Source of the DNA: Macrostomum lignano | Taxonomy: Eukaryota | Length of the DNA stretch: 64,000 nucleotides | Assembly: GCA_002269645.1 (NCBI GenBank) | Contig: NIVC01001771.1 | Location: forward strand, 1-64,000 | Direction: 5' to 3' | Shown here: one piece after another, positions 37,573 through 48,813 of the stretch | How the letters are laid out: each line of letters begins with the position of its first letter | How positions within the stretch are numbered: position 1 is the first letter of the stretch | Position numbers and translations under genes: made by a program | The notes under the pieces: model-generated | Told to the model about the DNA's origin: nothing | Database searches by the model: none | The model's input: only the letters and a program-made list of their open reading frames with translations

Positions 37573-37878
37573 TCAACCGGAAGCGGCGGCCATCATGGCG
37601 ACACCGCCGCCTGCACCGCTGTCTCCGCCGTTGCCGCTGCTGCCGCCAGTCTGCATCTGCTGACGAAGGAAGTCGGCCTCCTTGGCCAGCAGGTCCCGCT
37701 CTCGTTGCAGCGCCGTGTGTCCGGCCAGCAGCTGCAGGGCGTCCCGGCTCTGGTCCTGCTGCTGGCCGGCCAGCTGGCGCACCCGGTCGCGAAGCTCCGC
37801 CTCCGCCTTCGTGTGGCCGGCAAGCTGCTTCTCTGCGTCGCGCAGACGAGCCTGGCAGCGTTCCAGCCGCTCGGCAGC
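37573..37878 (-). CDS. SDCCAG8: SDCCAG8-like centrosomal coiled-coil protein, terminal exon
   Basis: RDRVRQL..LQLLAGHTALQRERDLLAKEADFLRQQM ~ KQRLRQL..VQLLSKQNQLLLERQSLSEEVDRLRTQL; ctcctag acceptor. Confidence 0.8.
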   Translation of the reverse strand, partial: AAERLERCQARLRDAEKQLAGHTKAEAELRDRVRQLAGQQQDQSRDALQLLAGHTALQRERDLLAKEADFLRQQMQTGGSSGNGGDSGAGGGVAMMAAASG

Positions 37879-37970
37879 CTAGGAGAGTCAGAGATACAGC
37901 ACTCTTTGTTAAAATTAAAAAAACCAATTCACAAAAACCCAATCTACAGAGACCTAACCGCAACCCTAAC

Positions 37971-38457
37971 CTGGTCTCTCTCGGCGGCCAGTTCCGCAGT
38001 TTCCTGGCAAGCGGCGGCCTGCAAGCCGGCCAGCTGGTCGGCGCTCCGGCGCAGCTCCCGCCGCAGGCGTTCGGCCAGTCCGGCGTGCTGGTCCAGCAGG
38101 CGCTGCATCTCGCCTGCTGCAGCCTCGTGCCGGGCCTCCTGCTCGGCCAGCTGGCGGAGCAGCTCCGACTCACGCCTGGCCGCCCGTCCGGCCGCCTTTT
38201 CGGCCTCCTGGCGAGCGGCCCGGCCGGCCGACTCAGCCCCGGAGCGCGCCAGCTGAAGCTCGCTCATCAGCGACTCGGCCCGGCCGGCCAGCCGCAGCCG
38301 CTCCTCGCCGCCCTGCTGGACGGCCTGCTCGGCCGCCGACAGTCTGGCGCGCATCTCGGCCAGCTGGGACTGCAGGCGGTCCCGCTCGCCAGTTCGGTCC
38401 ACCCGCTCCTGCTCCAGCTGCTGACGGACCCGGCCAAGCTCAGACACCGCCTGGTCC
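37971..38457 (-). CDS. SDCCAG8: SDCCAG8-like exon
   Basis: EERLRL..RESELLRQLAEQEARHE..LLDQHAGLAERLRRE ~ EECLRL..REQELTQKIQQMEAQHD..LLTSQNTFLTKLKEE; phase 2/0. Confidence 0.82.
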
Positions 38458-38509
38458 CTGCAGGGTGGGAGGTATTTTCATTGAATTGAAGCGCTTGGCG
38501 AAACAGAAA

Positions 38510-38710
38510 CTGAGGGATCTGGGAGTCTAGGCTGCTCAGCCTGAGAGATCTGGGAGTCTAGGCTGCTCAGCCTGAGGGATCTGGGAGTCTAGGCTGCTCA
38601 GCCTGAGGGATCTGGGAGTCTAGGCTGCTCAGCCTGAGGGATCTGGGAGTCTAGGCTGCTCAGCCTGAGGGATCTGGGAGTCTAGGCTGCTCAGCCTGAG
38701 GGATCTGGGA
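38510..38710. repeat. 31-bp tandem repeat (SDCCAG8 intron)
   Basis: (gggatctgggagtctaggctgctcagcctga)n, ~6 copies. Confidence 0.93.
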
Positions 38711-38755
38711 GGGTGGCGGTGACACAGCAACTGCGGATCTGCCTGATGCGCTCAC

Positions 38756-39120
38756 CTATGCAAGGCGGCCCTGGTGGCGGCGCTGGCCAGCTCGTCCCGC
38801 CCCCGAGTCAGCTCGGTCTCGTGCAGCCGCAGCATGGACCTAGCCTCCTCCAGCTGCTGTCCGAGACTGCGCTTCTCCCCGTTGAGCCGTTCGAGCTTGG
38901 CTCCGGCCGCCGCCAACTCGTCCTCGGATTCGCGCAGCCGTTTCCGGAGTCCCTCTAGCTCGGAGTCCGCCTGCTCGCGAGCCCCAGTCCGGGCCTCGTC
39001 GAGTCGGCGCGACTGAGCCGCCAGCAATTCGTCGAGGCGGCCGCGCAACCCGATGAGCTCGTCTGAGAGCTGGCGCTTCTCCAGCAGCGCATTCGACTCT
39101 TCGAGCTTGGCTTGCTCGAC
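38756..39120 (-). CDS. SDCCAG8: SDCCAG8-like exon
   Basis: VEQAKLEESNALLEKRQLSDEL ~ SEEANFEKTKALIQCDQLRKEL; phase 0/2. Confidence 0.8.
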
Positions 39121-39144
39121 CTGGTGAAAAATTTTCCATGAATC

Positions 39145-39545
39145 ACGGTTTGTCTATGGCTCAATATAGCTACAGTAGGAACTGTCTATGGCCAAATCTA
39201 GCTACAGTATGAACTGTCTATGGCCAAATCTAGCTACAGTATGAACTGTCTATGGCCATATATAGCTACAGTATGAACTGTCTATGGCCAAATCTAGCTA
39301 CAGTAGGAACTGTCTATGGCCAAATCTAGCTACAGTATGAACTGTCTATGGCCATATATAGCTACAGTATGAACTGTCTATGGCCAAATCTAGCTACAGT
39401 AGGAACTGTCTATGGCCAAATCTAGCTACAGTATGAACTGTCTATGGCCATATATAGCTACAGTATGAACTGTCTATGGCCAAATCTAGCTTACGGTATC
39501 AACTGTCTATGGCCCAATTTAGCTACGGAAAAAACTGTCTATCGA
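39145..39545. repeat. 32-bp tandem repeat (SDCCAG8 intron)
   Basis: (gaactgtctatggccaaatctagctacagtat)n, ~12 copies. Confidence 0.95.
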
Positions 39546-39572
39546 TCAATAAAAACTAACTCCAGCACCCAC

Positions 39573-39681
39573 CGTCTCGATGCTGGCAGTCAGCTGATCG
39601 TAGAGCTCCTGCTCGCGTTGCCGAGACTCTTCCAGTTTTTGCTTCAGCGAAGTGACGGATTCGACAAGACTGTCGCGCTCT
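39573..39681 (-). CDS. SDCCAG8: SDCCAG8-like exon
   Basis: ERDSLVESVTSLKQKLEESRQREQELYDQL ~ ERDDLMSALVSVRSSLADTQQREASAYEQV; phase 2/0. Confidence 0.82.
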
Positions 39682-39773
39682 CTGAAGGTTTTATTTAGCG
39701 ACTTGTTCGGTGATACAAATTTTCTAAAGAGAATTTTTTATAAAAGCATGCTGGCTTCTATGAGCCACCTCAC

Positions 39774-39956
39774 CGGCGCAGAGTCTCGACAAGGCTAGCC
39801 TGACCCCCAGCCGAGCTAACTGGCAGACCGGACCTGTCAATCATCACTGGCAGTGCGGACAGGCCGCCGGTGGCCAGGTCGGCGTTGTCCGACATCAGTC
39901 GGCGAACGTCGGCCTTCAGGCGGTCCAGTTCTTCGTCGCGGTGGGCCAGATCGGCT
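39774..39956 (-). CDS. SDCCAG8: SDCCAG8-like exon
   Basis: ADLAHRDEELDRLKADV..TGGL..LVETLR; cttctag / gtgagg, phase 2/2. Confidence 0.72.
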
Positions 39957-40001
39957 CTAGAAGAATCGGATGCACGAATGTAGGAATTGACGAACCAGGC
40001 C

Positions 40002-40267
40002 GGGGTTGTAGCCTAATGGTTAGAGCGTTGGACTCGCGACTGAAACGTCGGGGGTTCGATTCCCGATCCCACTCGGAACAATTTGTGTCCTTGAGCAAGA
40101 CACTTAACTCTGCATTGCTTCAGTTCACCCAGCTGTAAAATGGGTGCCAGCATTAGCTGGGAGTAATTGAGGCTGTGTGTGGCGACCGCCCAGTCCTTGG
40201 ACTGAACAGCCGTACGCAGCCTCCATTAGGGCAGGTGTAATCAATTATTATTCATTATTATTATTAT
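40002..40267 (+). mobile_element. tRNA-derived SINE with CORE-like central domain
   Basis: Box A TAGCCTAATGG (40009) and box B GGTTCGATTCC (40053), then tgtgtccttgagcaagacacttaac..ctgtaaaatggg (CORE/MIR-like) and an (ATT)n tail. Confidence 0.85.
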
Positions 40268-40393
40268 AGGAACGAAAAAGGTAAAATATGAATGATTTCA
40301 CTTTTCAATGATGTCATTTGATGACGTGATAATAACGAAAATGAATCTCAAAATACGAAGCCTAGCACAGATACCTATCTAATTTTTACTCAC

Positions 40394-40458
40394 TTTGCCT
40401 GCTTCAGCTGAGCTTCAAGCCTCTCGTTTCGAGTCTGATGCATAGCGCTGACGCGTTG
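40394..40458 (-). CDS. SDCCAG8: SDCCAG8-like exon
   Basis: QRVSAMHQTRNERLEAQLKQA; ttctgcag / gtgagt, phase 0/2 fits the next exon. Confidence 0.7.
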
Positions 40459-40544
40459 CTGCAGAATTCGTAAATAAAAACTTTTTAAATAAGAGATTCG
40501 AATGCTCAAGAGGCAGAGTACAGCCAAACCTAGCTCGGGCTCAC

Positions 40545-40721
40545 CAGCTCCTCCTTAAACTGATCTACTGACGCCCTGGTGACGTCCTGCAGGCTGGCCG
40601 TCTGACGCAGGCCGCCGCCAACGTGGGAGCCGCGGACGCTGGCGCCCTGCTGTTGTTGAAGGCATTCGTCAAGATCAAGCAGCAGTTGATTGCACAGATC
40701 CATAGCATGGGCTATCAAGCT
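40545..40721 (-). CDS. SDCCAG8: Probable SDCCAG8-like exon
   Basis: Open phase 0/0 exon SLIAHAMDL..QFKEEL with gcag / gtgagc sites. Confidence 0.55.
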
Positions 40722-41294
40722 CTGCTAATGGATCATGCGCTCTCTCTCACTCACTCACTTTGACTGCGTGCAGCTTTTCACTTAAATTTATCTTACTTGA
40801 GCTGCAGTATCTGCATTTCAATAGGCGCGGTCACTGATAACACCGTATTGACACAAGATATATGAGAAGGTAGGGCACAGTGAGACAGACATGTGAGCAC
40901 AGGCAGAAGCAGCAGAAGCAGCGCCTGTGCAAATATTCAAAGCAGAAAAGTATTCTTCAGTCGAGAGTGATGAGGCACGTATTGAGGGCAGCTGTGCCGC
41001 CTGCGGAGGGTGCTTGACCTGAATGTACAAAGCTAAGAAACCCACCGACAGCTTCGGGGTCGCGGCGCGTTTACCGCTGAGTTGCTAACAGATTAATATG
41101 AAATCAATCGCTCTGAAAGATAGAAATCTAAGTTATAGCTAAACAGGAAAGAAGTCAGATAGACTTTCCAATGAGACAGATGAGACAGGCAATTCAGTTC
41201 CTGGCTTTTAAAGACTGATAAAAGGTTACAAGATCAGGGTGAGCTTAGCCAATGTTTGCTGGCATAATAGTCAATTAATTAACAAAATAGGAAA

Positions 41295-41465
41295 GTATAG
41301 GTGGTGAAAGAAGAAAGGAAGAGAGGGAGATGGAGAGAGGAGAGAGAGGGAGAGATGGAGAGAGGAGAGGGAGGGAGACGGGAAGAGAGGGAGACAGTGG
41401 AAGAGGGAGAAGTTAGAGAAGGGAAGAGAAGCAGGTGGAGTGAGGGTGAAGAGACACAAGAGGAA
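41295..41465. repeat. GA-rich low-complexity tract
   Basis: Purine-only stretch. Confidence 0.85.
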
Positions 41466-41772
41466 AGTGCAAGACCAGATATACACAGGTGAGCACAGAG
41501 CGGGCAAGAGAAGCATCTCAAAGTCCCAGTAGGATAGGAATCTGAACTTACCGGCAAGAACATACTGTACTCTCATTATCCAATAGTTCTAGTAGTCTAG
41601 CCAATAAATAAAAGTGAAGCAGTGAACAGAGGCGGCGCACAGCTGGGACAAAAAGACACATCTACCATTGTGACGAAGTTTACAAAAGAAACTGCATTAG
41701 AGACAGTTTTACCCTTGACAACACAGGGATCAAAGGTAAGGATATAAAAACTGATGTAATACTATTTATCAC

Positions 41773-41895
41773 CTGGTCCTCTTCGGCAGACCAATGCACA
41801 ATCTGCTGCACAACAGAGTGCTTTAATTCGTGCATCAAAGTCTGATTATCGGCCACGAGGTCTTTTAGACTGCGCCTGAGGTGGCCTAACTCTTG
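41773..41895 (-). CDS. SDCCAG8: SDCCAG8-like exon
   Basis: QELGHLRRSLKDLVADNQTLMHELK ~ EELSGMKNKIQVVVLENEGLQQQLK; phase 0/0. Confidence 0.7.
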
Positions 41896-42009
41896 CTGGA
41901 ATCAGTTTTAAACATTTTCTTGATTTTTTACAGTTAGACGGAATCAACCTACTGTAAGTAGAACAATTTAAATATTAATAGACGAATTTGACCGTTTGGC
42001 CAAGCTGGA

Positions 42010-42735
42010 TACACTAGCTCAGGAGTCCGCATGCGGCCCGCGAAGCCTCGCTGTCCGGCCCTCGGGTTTTAGAAATTTCACGATAGCAATCTGGCCCGCT
42101 CAAGGTTTGTGTCTCTTCTCAGCTCTCTTCTCTCGAATAAATCTCTGTTTTCTTTTCTCTCCTCTTCTCTCCTCCCTCCTCTTCTCTCCTCTCCTCTTCT
42201 CTTCTTTCCTCTTCTCTCCTCTCTCCTCTTCTCTCCTCTCCTCTCTCCTCTCCTCTCTCCTCTTCTCTTCTCTCCTCTCTCTTCTTTCCTCTTCTCATCT
42301 TTCCTCTCTCCTCTTCTCTCCCTCTCTCTTCTCTCCTCTCTCCTCTCTCTTCTCTCCTCTCTCTTCTCTCCTCTCTTCTCTTCTCTCCTCTCTCCTCTCT
42401 CTTCTCTCCTCTTCTCTTCTCTCCTCTTCTCTTCTCTCCTCTCTCCTCTTCTCTCCTCTCTCCTCTCTCTTCTCTCCTCTTCTCTCCATATCCTCTCTCC
42501 TCTCCATATCCTCTCTCTTTATCTCCACTCGCATCTTTCCCTTTCTCTCACCCCTACTCTCCCTAATCTCTGCTCTCCACACCTATTTCATCTCTCCTCT
42601 CCTCTCTTTTCCTCTTTTCTATTTTATTCCCTCACGTCTCTTTTCTCCAATCTCAATTCTCAATTCTCTCTTCTTTCTCCATCTTCTGGCCCGCAGCCAA
42701 GCGCTAGGTTCTCTACCTGGCCCTTAAGGTAAAAA
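42010..42735 (+). mobile_element. Dispersed repeat carrying an expanded CT microsatellite, copy B
   Basis: Flanks homologous to 16135-16390 (reverse); internal (CTCTT/CT)n tract ~570 bp. Confidence 0.6.
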
Positions 42736-42976
42736 CACTTTTCCAACCTCTGCACCAGCTTGTACTTTCTAGCCCGGCAGGTTGTATTTTGCTCAATGCA
42801 AATTTTAAAGTCGACTATTTAGAAAGTTTCAACAAAAAGTGCATGGTGTACTTAATCCTGATTTTCAATCAACCTTTTCCGCCATACTCCTAGTTTAGCA
42901 ATTATTCAGCAAGCAAGCGTTCTAATTTTGCAGGATAATTTTTAGACTTGCAAGCGACCACGCCGCTGCGACTCAC

Positions 42977-43114
42977 ATCAGTGTGCTGCATCTGAATCTC
43001 CAGCGCCCTGGTGTAGGCAGTCTGGCTCTCCAGCAGCTCCACCAGCTCCGCTTTGCTCGCCTGAGCCGGCAGATTCTGCCAGGCCGCTCGTCTGTCATCA
43101 GCCGCGAGGGAGAA
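42977..43114 (-). CDS. SDCCAG8: SDCCAG8-like exon
   Basis: ELVELLESQTAYTRALEIQM ~ DLVHTINDQSQYIHHLEAEV; atcacag / gtgagt, phase 0/0. Confidence 0.75.
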
Positions 43115-43197
43115 CTGTGATGACTGACAGGTGATGGGGAGAGAAAATAATTGGTTTCATATTGCTTGATTGGGGATAGATAATAGATAGAAAAGAA

Positions 43198-43342
<145 letters not shown>

Positions 43343-43357
43343 GTATAAACAGCGCAC

Positions 43358-43680
43358 CAGCGGAGGCGTGAACTGTACGCCGCGGGCCAGTGCCGGCCGG
43401 TTCCCACCGCCCCTGCCCCCAGTCTCGGCCGCGCCAACTGACGAGTCCCGGCTGGCCACCAGCTCGGCCAATTTGGCGGCCGCTGTCCGGTAGCTGTGGT
43501 CGTTGTGGAACTGGCCTTCGCTCCAGGCCCGGCCGGAGGCCCGCAACTCCTCTGCGCTGGAGGCGTGCGCCGGCGGTCTACGCGACGGTTGCTGCTGCTG
43601 CTTCTGGCGCGGTCGGCTTTGCCTGCCGTGCTGATCGTCAAATGAAATGCGCAGGTCCTCTAAGGACTCGTTGGCCCGCT
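43358..43680 (-). CDS. SDCCAG8: SDCCAG8-like, most 5' exon found (upstream exon missing)
   Basis: RANESLEDLRISF..AAAKLAELV ~ HASRSIHQLTCAL..AVNQLKDLL; aatccag acceptor phase 1, no ATG. Confidence 0.62.
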
Positions 43681-45894
43681 CTGGATTGTCAAATATTTTA
43701 AGCTTGCAGTTTTATTTATTTATTATTTACTATTAACGATACTGCAATAGTCTATTCTTGTATGATTTAAATAAACTATTTGTAAATACTTTATGACTAC
43801 CACGAAAATGTAAGTGACTCCTACTCTTATAATATGTTTAGTCATAAACTCATATAGTGAACTTAAAAAGCATTTCTGCTTTTAACAGATTAAATCGAAC
43901 CTAGTAGATTAAAGAGGGTAGACTTTTATATTTTCCTATGCTAAGAAGTGGCTATCGAGAAAAGCTGATTTTATGACTATTTAGTTGAATTCTTGTGCAA
44001 TAACTAGAAGTATAGTTATGTATATTTTCCAATTGTATAGGCTTCTGGCCTTCCAATTAGTTTTGACAACAAACACTTTTTCTACTAATTTTGGAAACTT
44101 ACTTTTTTTAAATGCCTTTTTTCATTTAAAGATAATTTTTAAAGCTAGCTTACAACTCTTTAGTCATTGTTAGAAGGAAGGGTATAAGGGTGAGCAGCAG
44201 AAAAATAATAGAATAGCTTAGAATGAATAAAAAATTCCTGAAAATGAAACCCAGCAAAGGTTTACCCTTTTTTTCTTAAACTTAAACTGTTTTAAAGATC
44301 TAGTTTTATTGAGTGGTAGTTGCGTCCAGGACGACATTAAAAATGTCAATATTTTAATCAAAGTAGCTTAGCAGTGAAAATATTTAAGTGTTAGGTTTGT
44401 TTTTTTATACTTAACTTAAGTAAAGACACTTGTGCTATTCCTTGAAAATCAATATCAATGCAATTAGTCACTATCTGATACGTTGCTCGACAGCGATGAG
44501 CATTCATAAAGAAATTTGTAGGTCCAGCATAAATTATAAAACGACTAGACTTCTAGGTACATGAGATACATGCAATTATTGAAAACTTACGAAGTATAGT
44601 ATCGTTTGATGCATTCAGCATATTTTCGTTCTTACGATAGAGCGATAGAAAGTTCGCTTGAATCTACTTCGCAAATGACAGCAGCAGATTTTTAGACAAT
44701 TCTTTCGTTACAGGCTGTGGCGTTTAAAGGAAATATTTGTGACAAACTTTTCTAGTTAAATCACCGCCAAGAGTCTATAGTTTCTAAAAACGACTTCGTA
44801 AATCCGGTATGCTACTTACATGTCGAGTATTCAAATAAACAAGAATAGCTTAGAAACGATACAACTCAGATGTACCTTAAAAAATTTAAATATTAGTTTT
44901 AACCATTTTTAATTTTTAACATCTGGGCATCAGGGCTTTGCAGAAATTTCATTCAAAGGACGACTTAAGTATACATGATGTATATAAGACTTTGAGACAA
45001 AAATTCAAGCTTGGACAAACAACAACAATACAGCATTAACAACAAAAATCATTGTAATATGTCTTATAGCAGCGTCACAGCTTGCACTTGGGTGTGAACG
45101 TAGGCCGTGCCGCAGACAGAACCCGCGGGGCGCCGCGTCAGCCTGAGTGCAGGCAGTTATAGATTGGAATGGTTTTTGGTTTTGACCCACAATCATAGCA
45201 CTCTGTTTTATTAGGCTTGATTGTGTTACAGTGCACACTGTAGCTAAAGGAATCTACGATCAGGAGTCGCATGAAGCGAGTACTTTAGGGCAGTCAAAAA
45301 AATTCGGACACACTTCAAATCCACATCTGTTCATCAGATTTAAGTAAAAATCTACATACAAATGGGTTGTGTAAACGAACCTCAGAGCTAGAATTTCAGC
45401 TATATTAGCCTAACTAATGAAACAAAATTTGCAAACAATTACTTGATTTGAACCATGGACAACTTGCTGTCGCTGAGTAGAGACATGAATGTATAGTCGT
45501 AGTTTAATTCTGGTTGCTTTGTGAGCCTATATAGTGAACTAGCTAGACAGTATAAATTGCTAAGGGGACTGTAGCTGGAATAGATATGTATCAGGTACGT
45601 GAATTACTGAAGTTTATTGTTACAATTTCATTCAAAATAACATACTCAGAATACATTTTTGCAACAGAGAAATGCTTGGCATGCTCTTCGAGTTAGAATT
45701 TCAATTTCAACAGACGCATGCAAGATCGAGCTTTTCAATTGTTGCCTTGGAAAAGGGCCCTTAAGCTTCCTTGCTCGAAGAAGACATGAAACGATCAATG
45801 GTTATTTTTATAATTGTTTATAGGTGTACGGCATTTTCAAAGAAAATGTAGGTGCTTATGGCTCAAAAATATTTTACTTAAAAAGCTTGCGTGC

Positions 45895-46465
45895 CGCCGG
45901 CAGTTCATCTACCTCAGCGGCCTGGTGCCAACGTTATGAGGACGACATCCGGCTCGCCTGGGCGCTGCCAGACCGCTAGAGGGCTAGGTGGCAGGCAGTG
46001 GTCGAGATCGTCCTGCTGTACTACGCCCGAGACGTGGACGCTGATCGACGGCCACGCTGGAAAGGCAGCTGGACTCTCGGCGCACTCCGGTTGGCCCAAC
46101 TGCAACGACCATGCACCATCCTGCATCAGAGGCGACTTCAACTGGCAGGCCACGTGATCCGGGCTGAGAACTGCTGCCCCAAGCCTAATTTTCCCGAGGA
46201 CGTCAGCTGCTACTCACTTTTGTTGCCGGGACCGTTTAGGCGGGGTCAAGCGAGGACCCGGAGATACATGTACGGACTGCATCCTTAGCGATGCTGGGGC
46301 ACCCGAAACCGTCAATGGGCCGGACTTTGGTCGCTCGCTGGCGCTTCAGCTCCGCGCCATCTGACGCTCCCTCCACACAGACTAACTGGGGGACTGCGTA
46401 CATGTATTTTGTTGTTGTTGTTGTTGTTGTTGTGGTGGTGGTTCTTGTTGTGGTGATGGTTGTTG
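45895..46465 (+). mobile_element. Decayed 3' end of an RTE-like non-LTR retrotransposon with (GTT)n tail
   Basis: QFIYLSGLVP, VE.VLLY..TWTL, TILHQRRLQLAGHVIR, RRGQARTRRY across frames; followed by a GTT microsatellite. Confidence 0.8.
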
Positions 46466-47188
46466 TTGTTGCTGTTATTAAGAAGCTGATCGAATCTGTT
46501 ACACGTGTACATAAAATAGGAAAAAAGAGGTCGACCGTCTATAAGTGATTTAAAGTTGCATCTTTGAGACCTTTGGGGTCTTGAGACCTTGAAAGCTTTG
46601 CATATCCTGGCGGCCGCTGACCTTATATCACATGAAGGCGCTAAAGGAAACTCTGCCATAAGGCGATATGAGATATTACAGAATATTATCATTGGCTATA
46701 GGCAGAGAATTGGTACCATAATTAGGAATAATTAACGTAATACCAACTAAATATACTAGGGATAGCATTAATAGCATATTTAGGTGTATGAAATAATCAC
46801 GATAAAGTTAGCCGCAGGAGTTCTTAGCAAAACTGTGCCTTCTATAATCAAGTCAAGGAGCGGCTGTAGGAGAAGCACGTACATGTAAATAAATTATTCA
46901 ATATCCGGAATATACAGCAAGAAGCAGTGCATTTTTCATCAGCTTTGAGGATAGTTTCTGTACCAATGTTGCTGTCAGAAAAGCATAGTGAAAGAACACT
47001 ATTCTTAAGGCTCAGTAGATCGCCTGGGCTGAAATCGCCCAGAAGCAGCACGATTATTATTGCCCTCGTCTGCATTGCCGATGTAGGCAGGGTTGTCCCT
47101 GGCCCCGTAGTTGTTGTTGTTGTTGTTCGAAGCATTGGTCGTGTTCGCAATCACTTTTCTGTAATACGCAGGTTTATCGTATTTTATT

Positions 47189-47885
47189 CAAGGACGACTT
47201 AAGTAGAAGGACGGGAAACCTCGTTTCTTAGAAAATTTTTGAAGGCACTTTTTCCCGAAAAAATACACTGCGGAGATAGGAAATTTTCATTTTTTCAGCA
47301 CAAAAATTGCTATAACTTTTGATAGGAGGCAGATCCAGTGTTGATCTTTTGATATGTTGTGCCTTTTTTATTGCTCTATCGATATTTATAAAGCTTTCCG
47401 TTCAGAAAATTAGGATTCTATGTTAATTTTTATTCTACGTATATTTCCTGTATCTAAAAATCACAAAAATGCATGACACAGCTCTAATATTTGGTTTTAT
47501 GAATCTATTTTATCATCTATGTTACGACTATTTGCTATACAGTCAGGTAAGAAGGATAAAATAGACTCATAAAATCAAAGAGCCAAGCCGTGGCATTCTA
47601 ATGTATTTCAAGCACAAGACACATGAAAATATACGTAGAATAAAAAATTAACATAGAATCCTAATTTTCTGAACAGAAAGCTTTATAAATATCGATAGAG
47701 CAATAAAAAAGGCACAACATATCAAAAGATCAACACTGGATCTGCCTCCTATCAAAAGTTATAGCAATTTTTGTGCTGAAAAAATGAAAATTTCCTATCT
47801 CCGCAGTGTATTTTTTCGGGAAAAAGTGCCTTCAAAAATTTTCTAAGAAACGAGGTTTCCCGTCCTTCTACTTAAGTCGTCCTTG
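47189..47885. mobile_element. 697-bp non-autonomous foldback/MITE DNA transposon
   Basis: ~240-bp near-perfect TIRs (CAAGGACGACTTAAGTAG...CTACTTAAGTCGTCCTTG) flanked by identical 8-bp ATTTTATT (47181-47188, 47886-47893). Confidence 0.92.
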
Positions 47886-48292
47886 ATTTTATTCTGTACG
47901 AGCTCCTTGGGACCAGTTTTTAGAAACAAAAGCTACAGGTGAAAAAAGTCTAAGGGCCAACCTTCAAAGGATTGATTTTTTACTATGTAAAAGCTTATAA
48001 ATATCACCGATCATGGTTTGTTTGTTTCCCGATCATGGCAATTTTGAGCCTCCGCAGATATGAAGATTTCTAGTCCTTTTAGTCGCGAGTCTGGCGCTCT
48101 AACCACGAGGCTTCAAGCATAGATATTATATTTCTGTATATATGATCCTTGGCTACAACCCCTTTGTACATGGACCATGGACAAATGTACCTTAGTGCGT
48201 CCAAAATGTTCTTAGAAGGCCCTTCATATCTCGGCATCTGTTTAAGTTATTTTGATAAAAAAATTACGCATATATGGGCCTATATGATTGAA

Positions 48293-48725
48293 TTCAGCTT
48301 AATCGGGTTGACAGAGCAAAAGCAATCGATCATTTACTGAGGAAACCACAAAATTATCAATGCGATTTTTGAAGAGCATCGAAGCTGAACCCCAGTGGGG
48401 AAATCGCAGCTGATGTTTTAGAAAATGAATCAAAAAACATCGCTGCTTTAGCCGAGTATTGATTGATTAATAATTAATTGCAAGCTGTGAAGGCTTAGCC
48501 ATAGATTAAAGAGCGAAAATAACAAAGCAGTAAGCAGCATAAGAGAATGGCGATTACTTTGAAGATTTTCACGATTGGTGATCTGTTTCTTGAAGTTCTG
48601 GAACTTCCCAGTTTGAACTGTTTGCTCGATAACTTTTTTAACTACGATAAAATCGTATTGCTAATTTCGTAGGTTCCTCAGTAAATGATTGATTGCTTTT
48701 GCTCTGTCAACCCGATTAAGCTGAA
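48293..48725. mobile_element. MITE-like element with ~80-bp inverted termini
   Basis: ttcagcttaatcgggttgacagagcaaaagcaatc.. mirrors ..gattgcttttgctctgtcaacccgattaagctgaa; no clear TSD. Confidence 0.75.
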
Positions 48726-48813
48726 ACTTTAGCACTGGATTCATTACATAGGTTCATGTTTCTGTAATTTTTTATCAAGACCCATCGAACAGATGCAGAG
48801 ATATGAGGGGTGT

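Noticed and set aside
40002-40072. tRNA gene
   Set aside because: No clean acceptor/anticodon pairing and no oligo-T terminator; it continues into a SINE body and tail.
40818-41085. Possible extra SDCCAG8 exon(s) (QLSGKRAATPKLS micro-exon or ORF 40818-41045)
   Set aside because: Splice sites are plausible but there is no homology support, and the gene model is already in phase without them.
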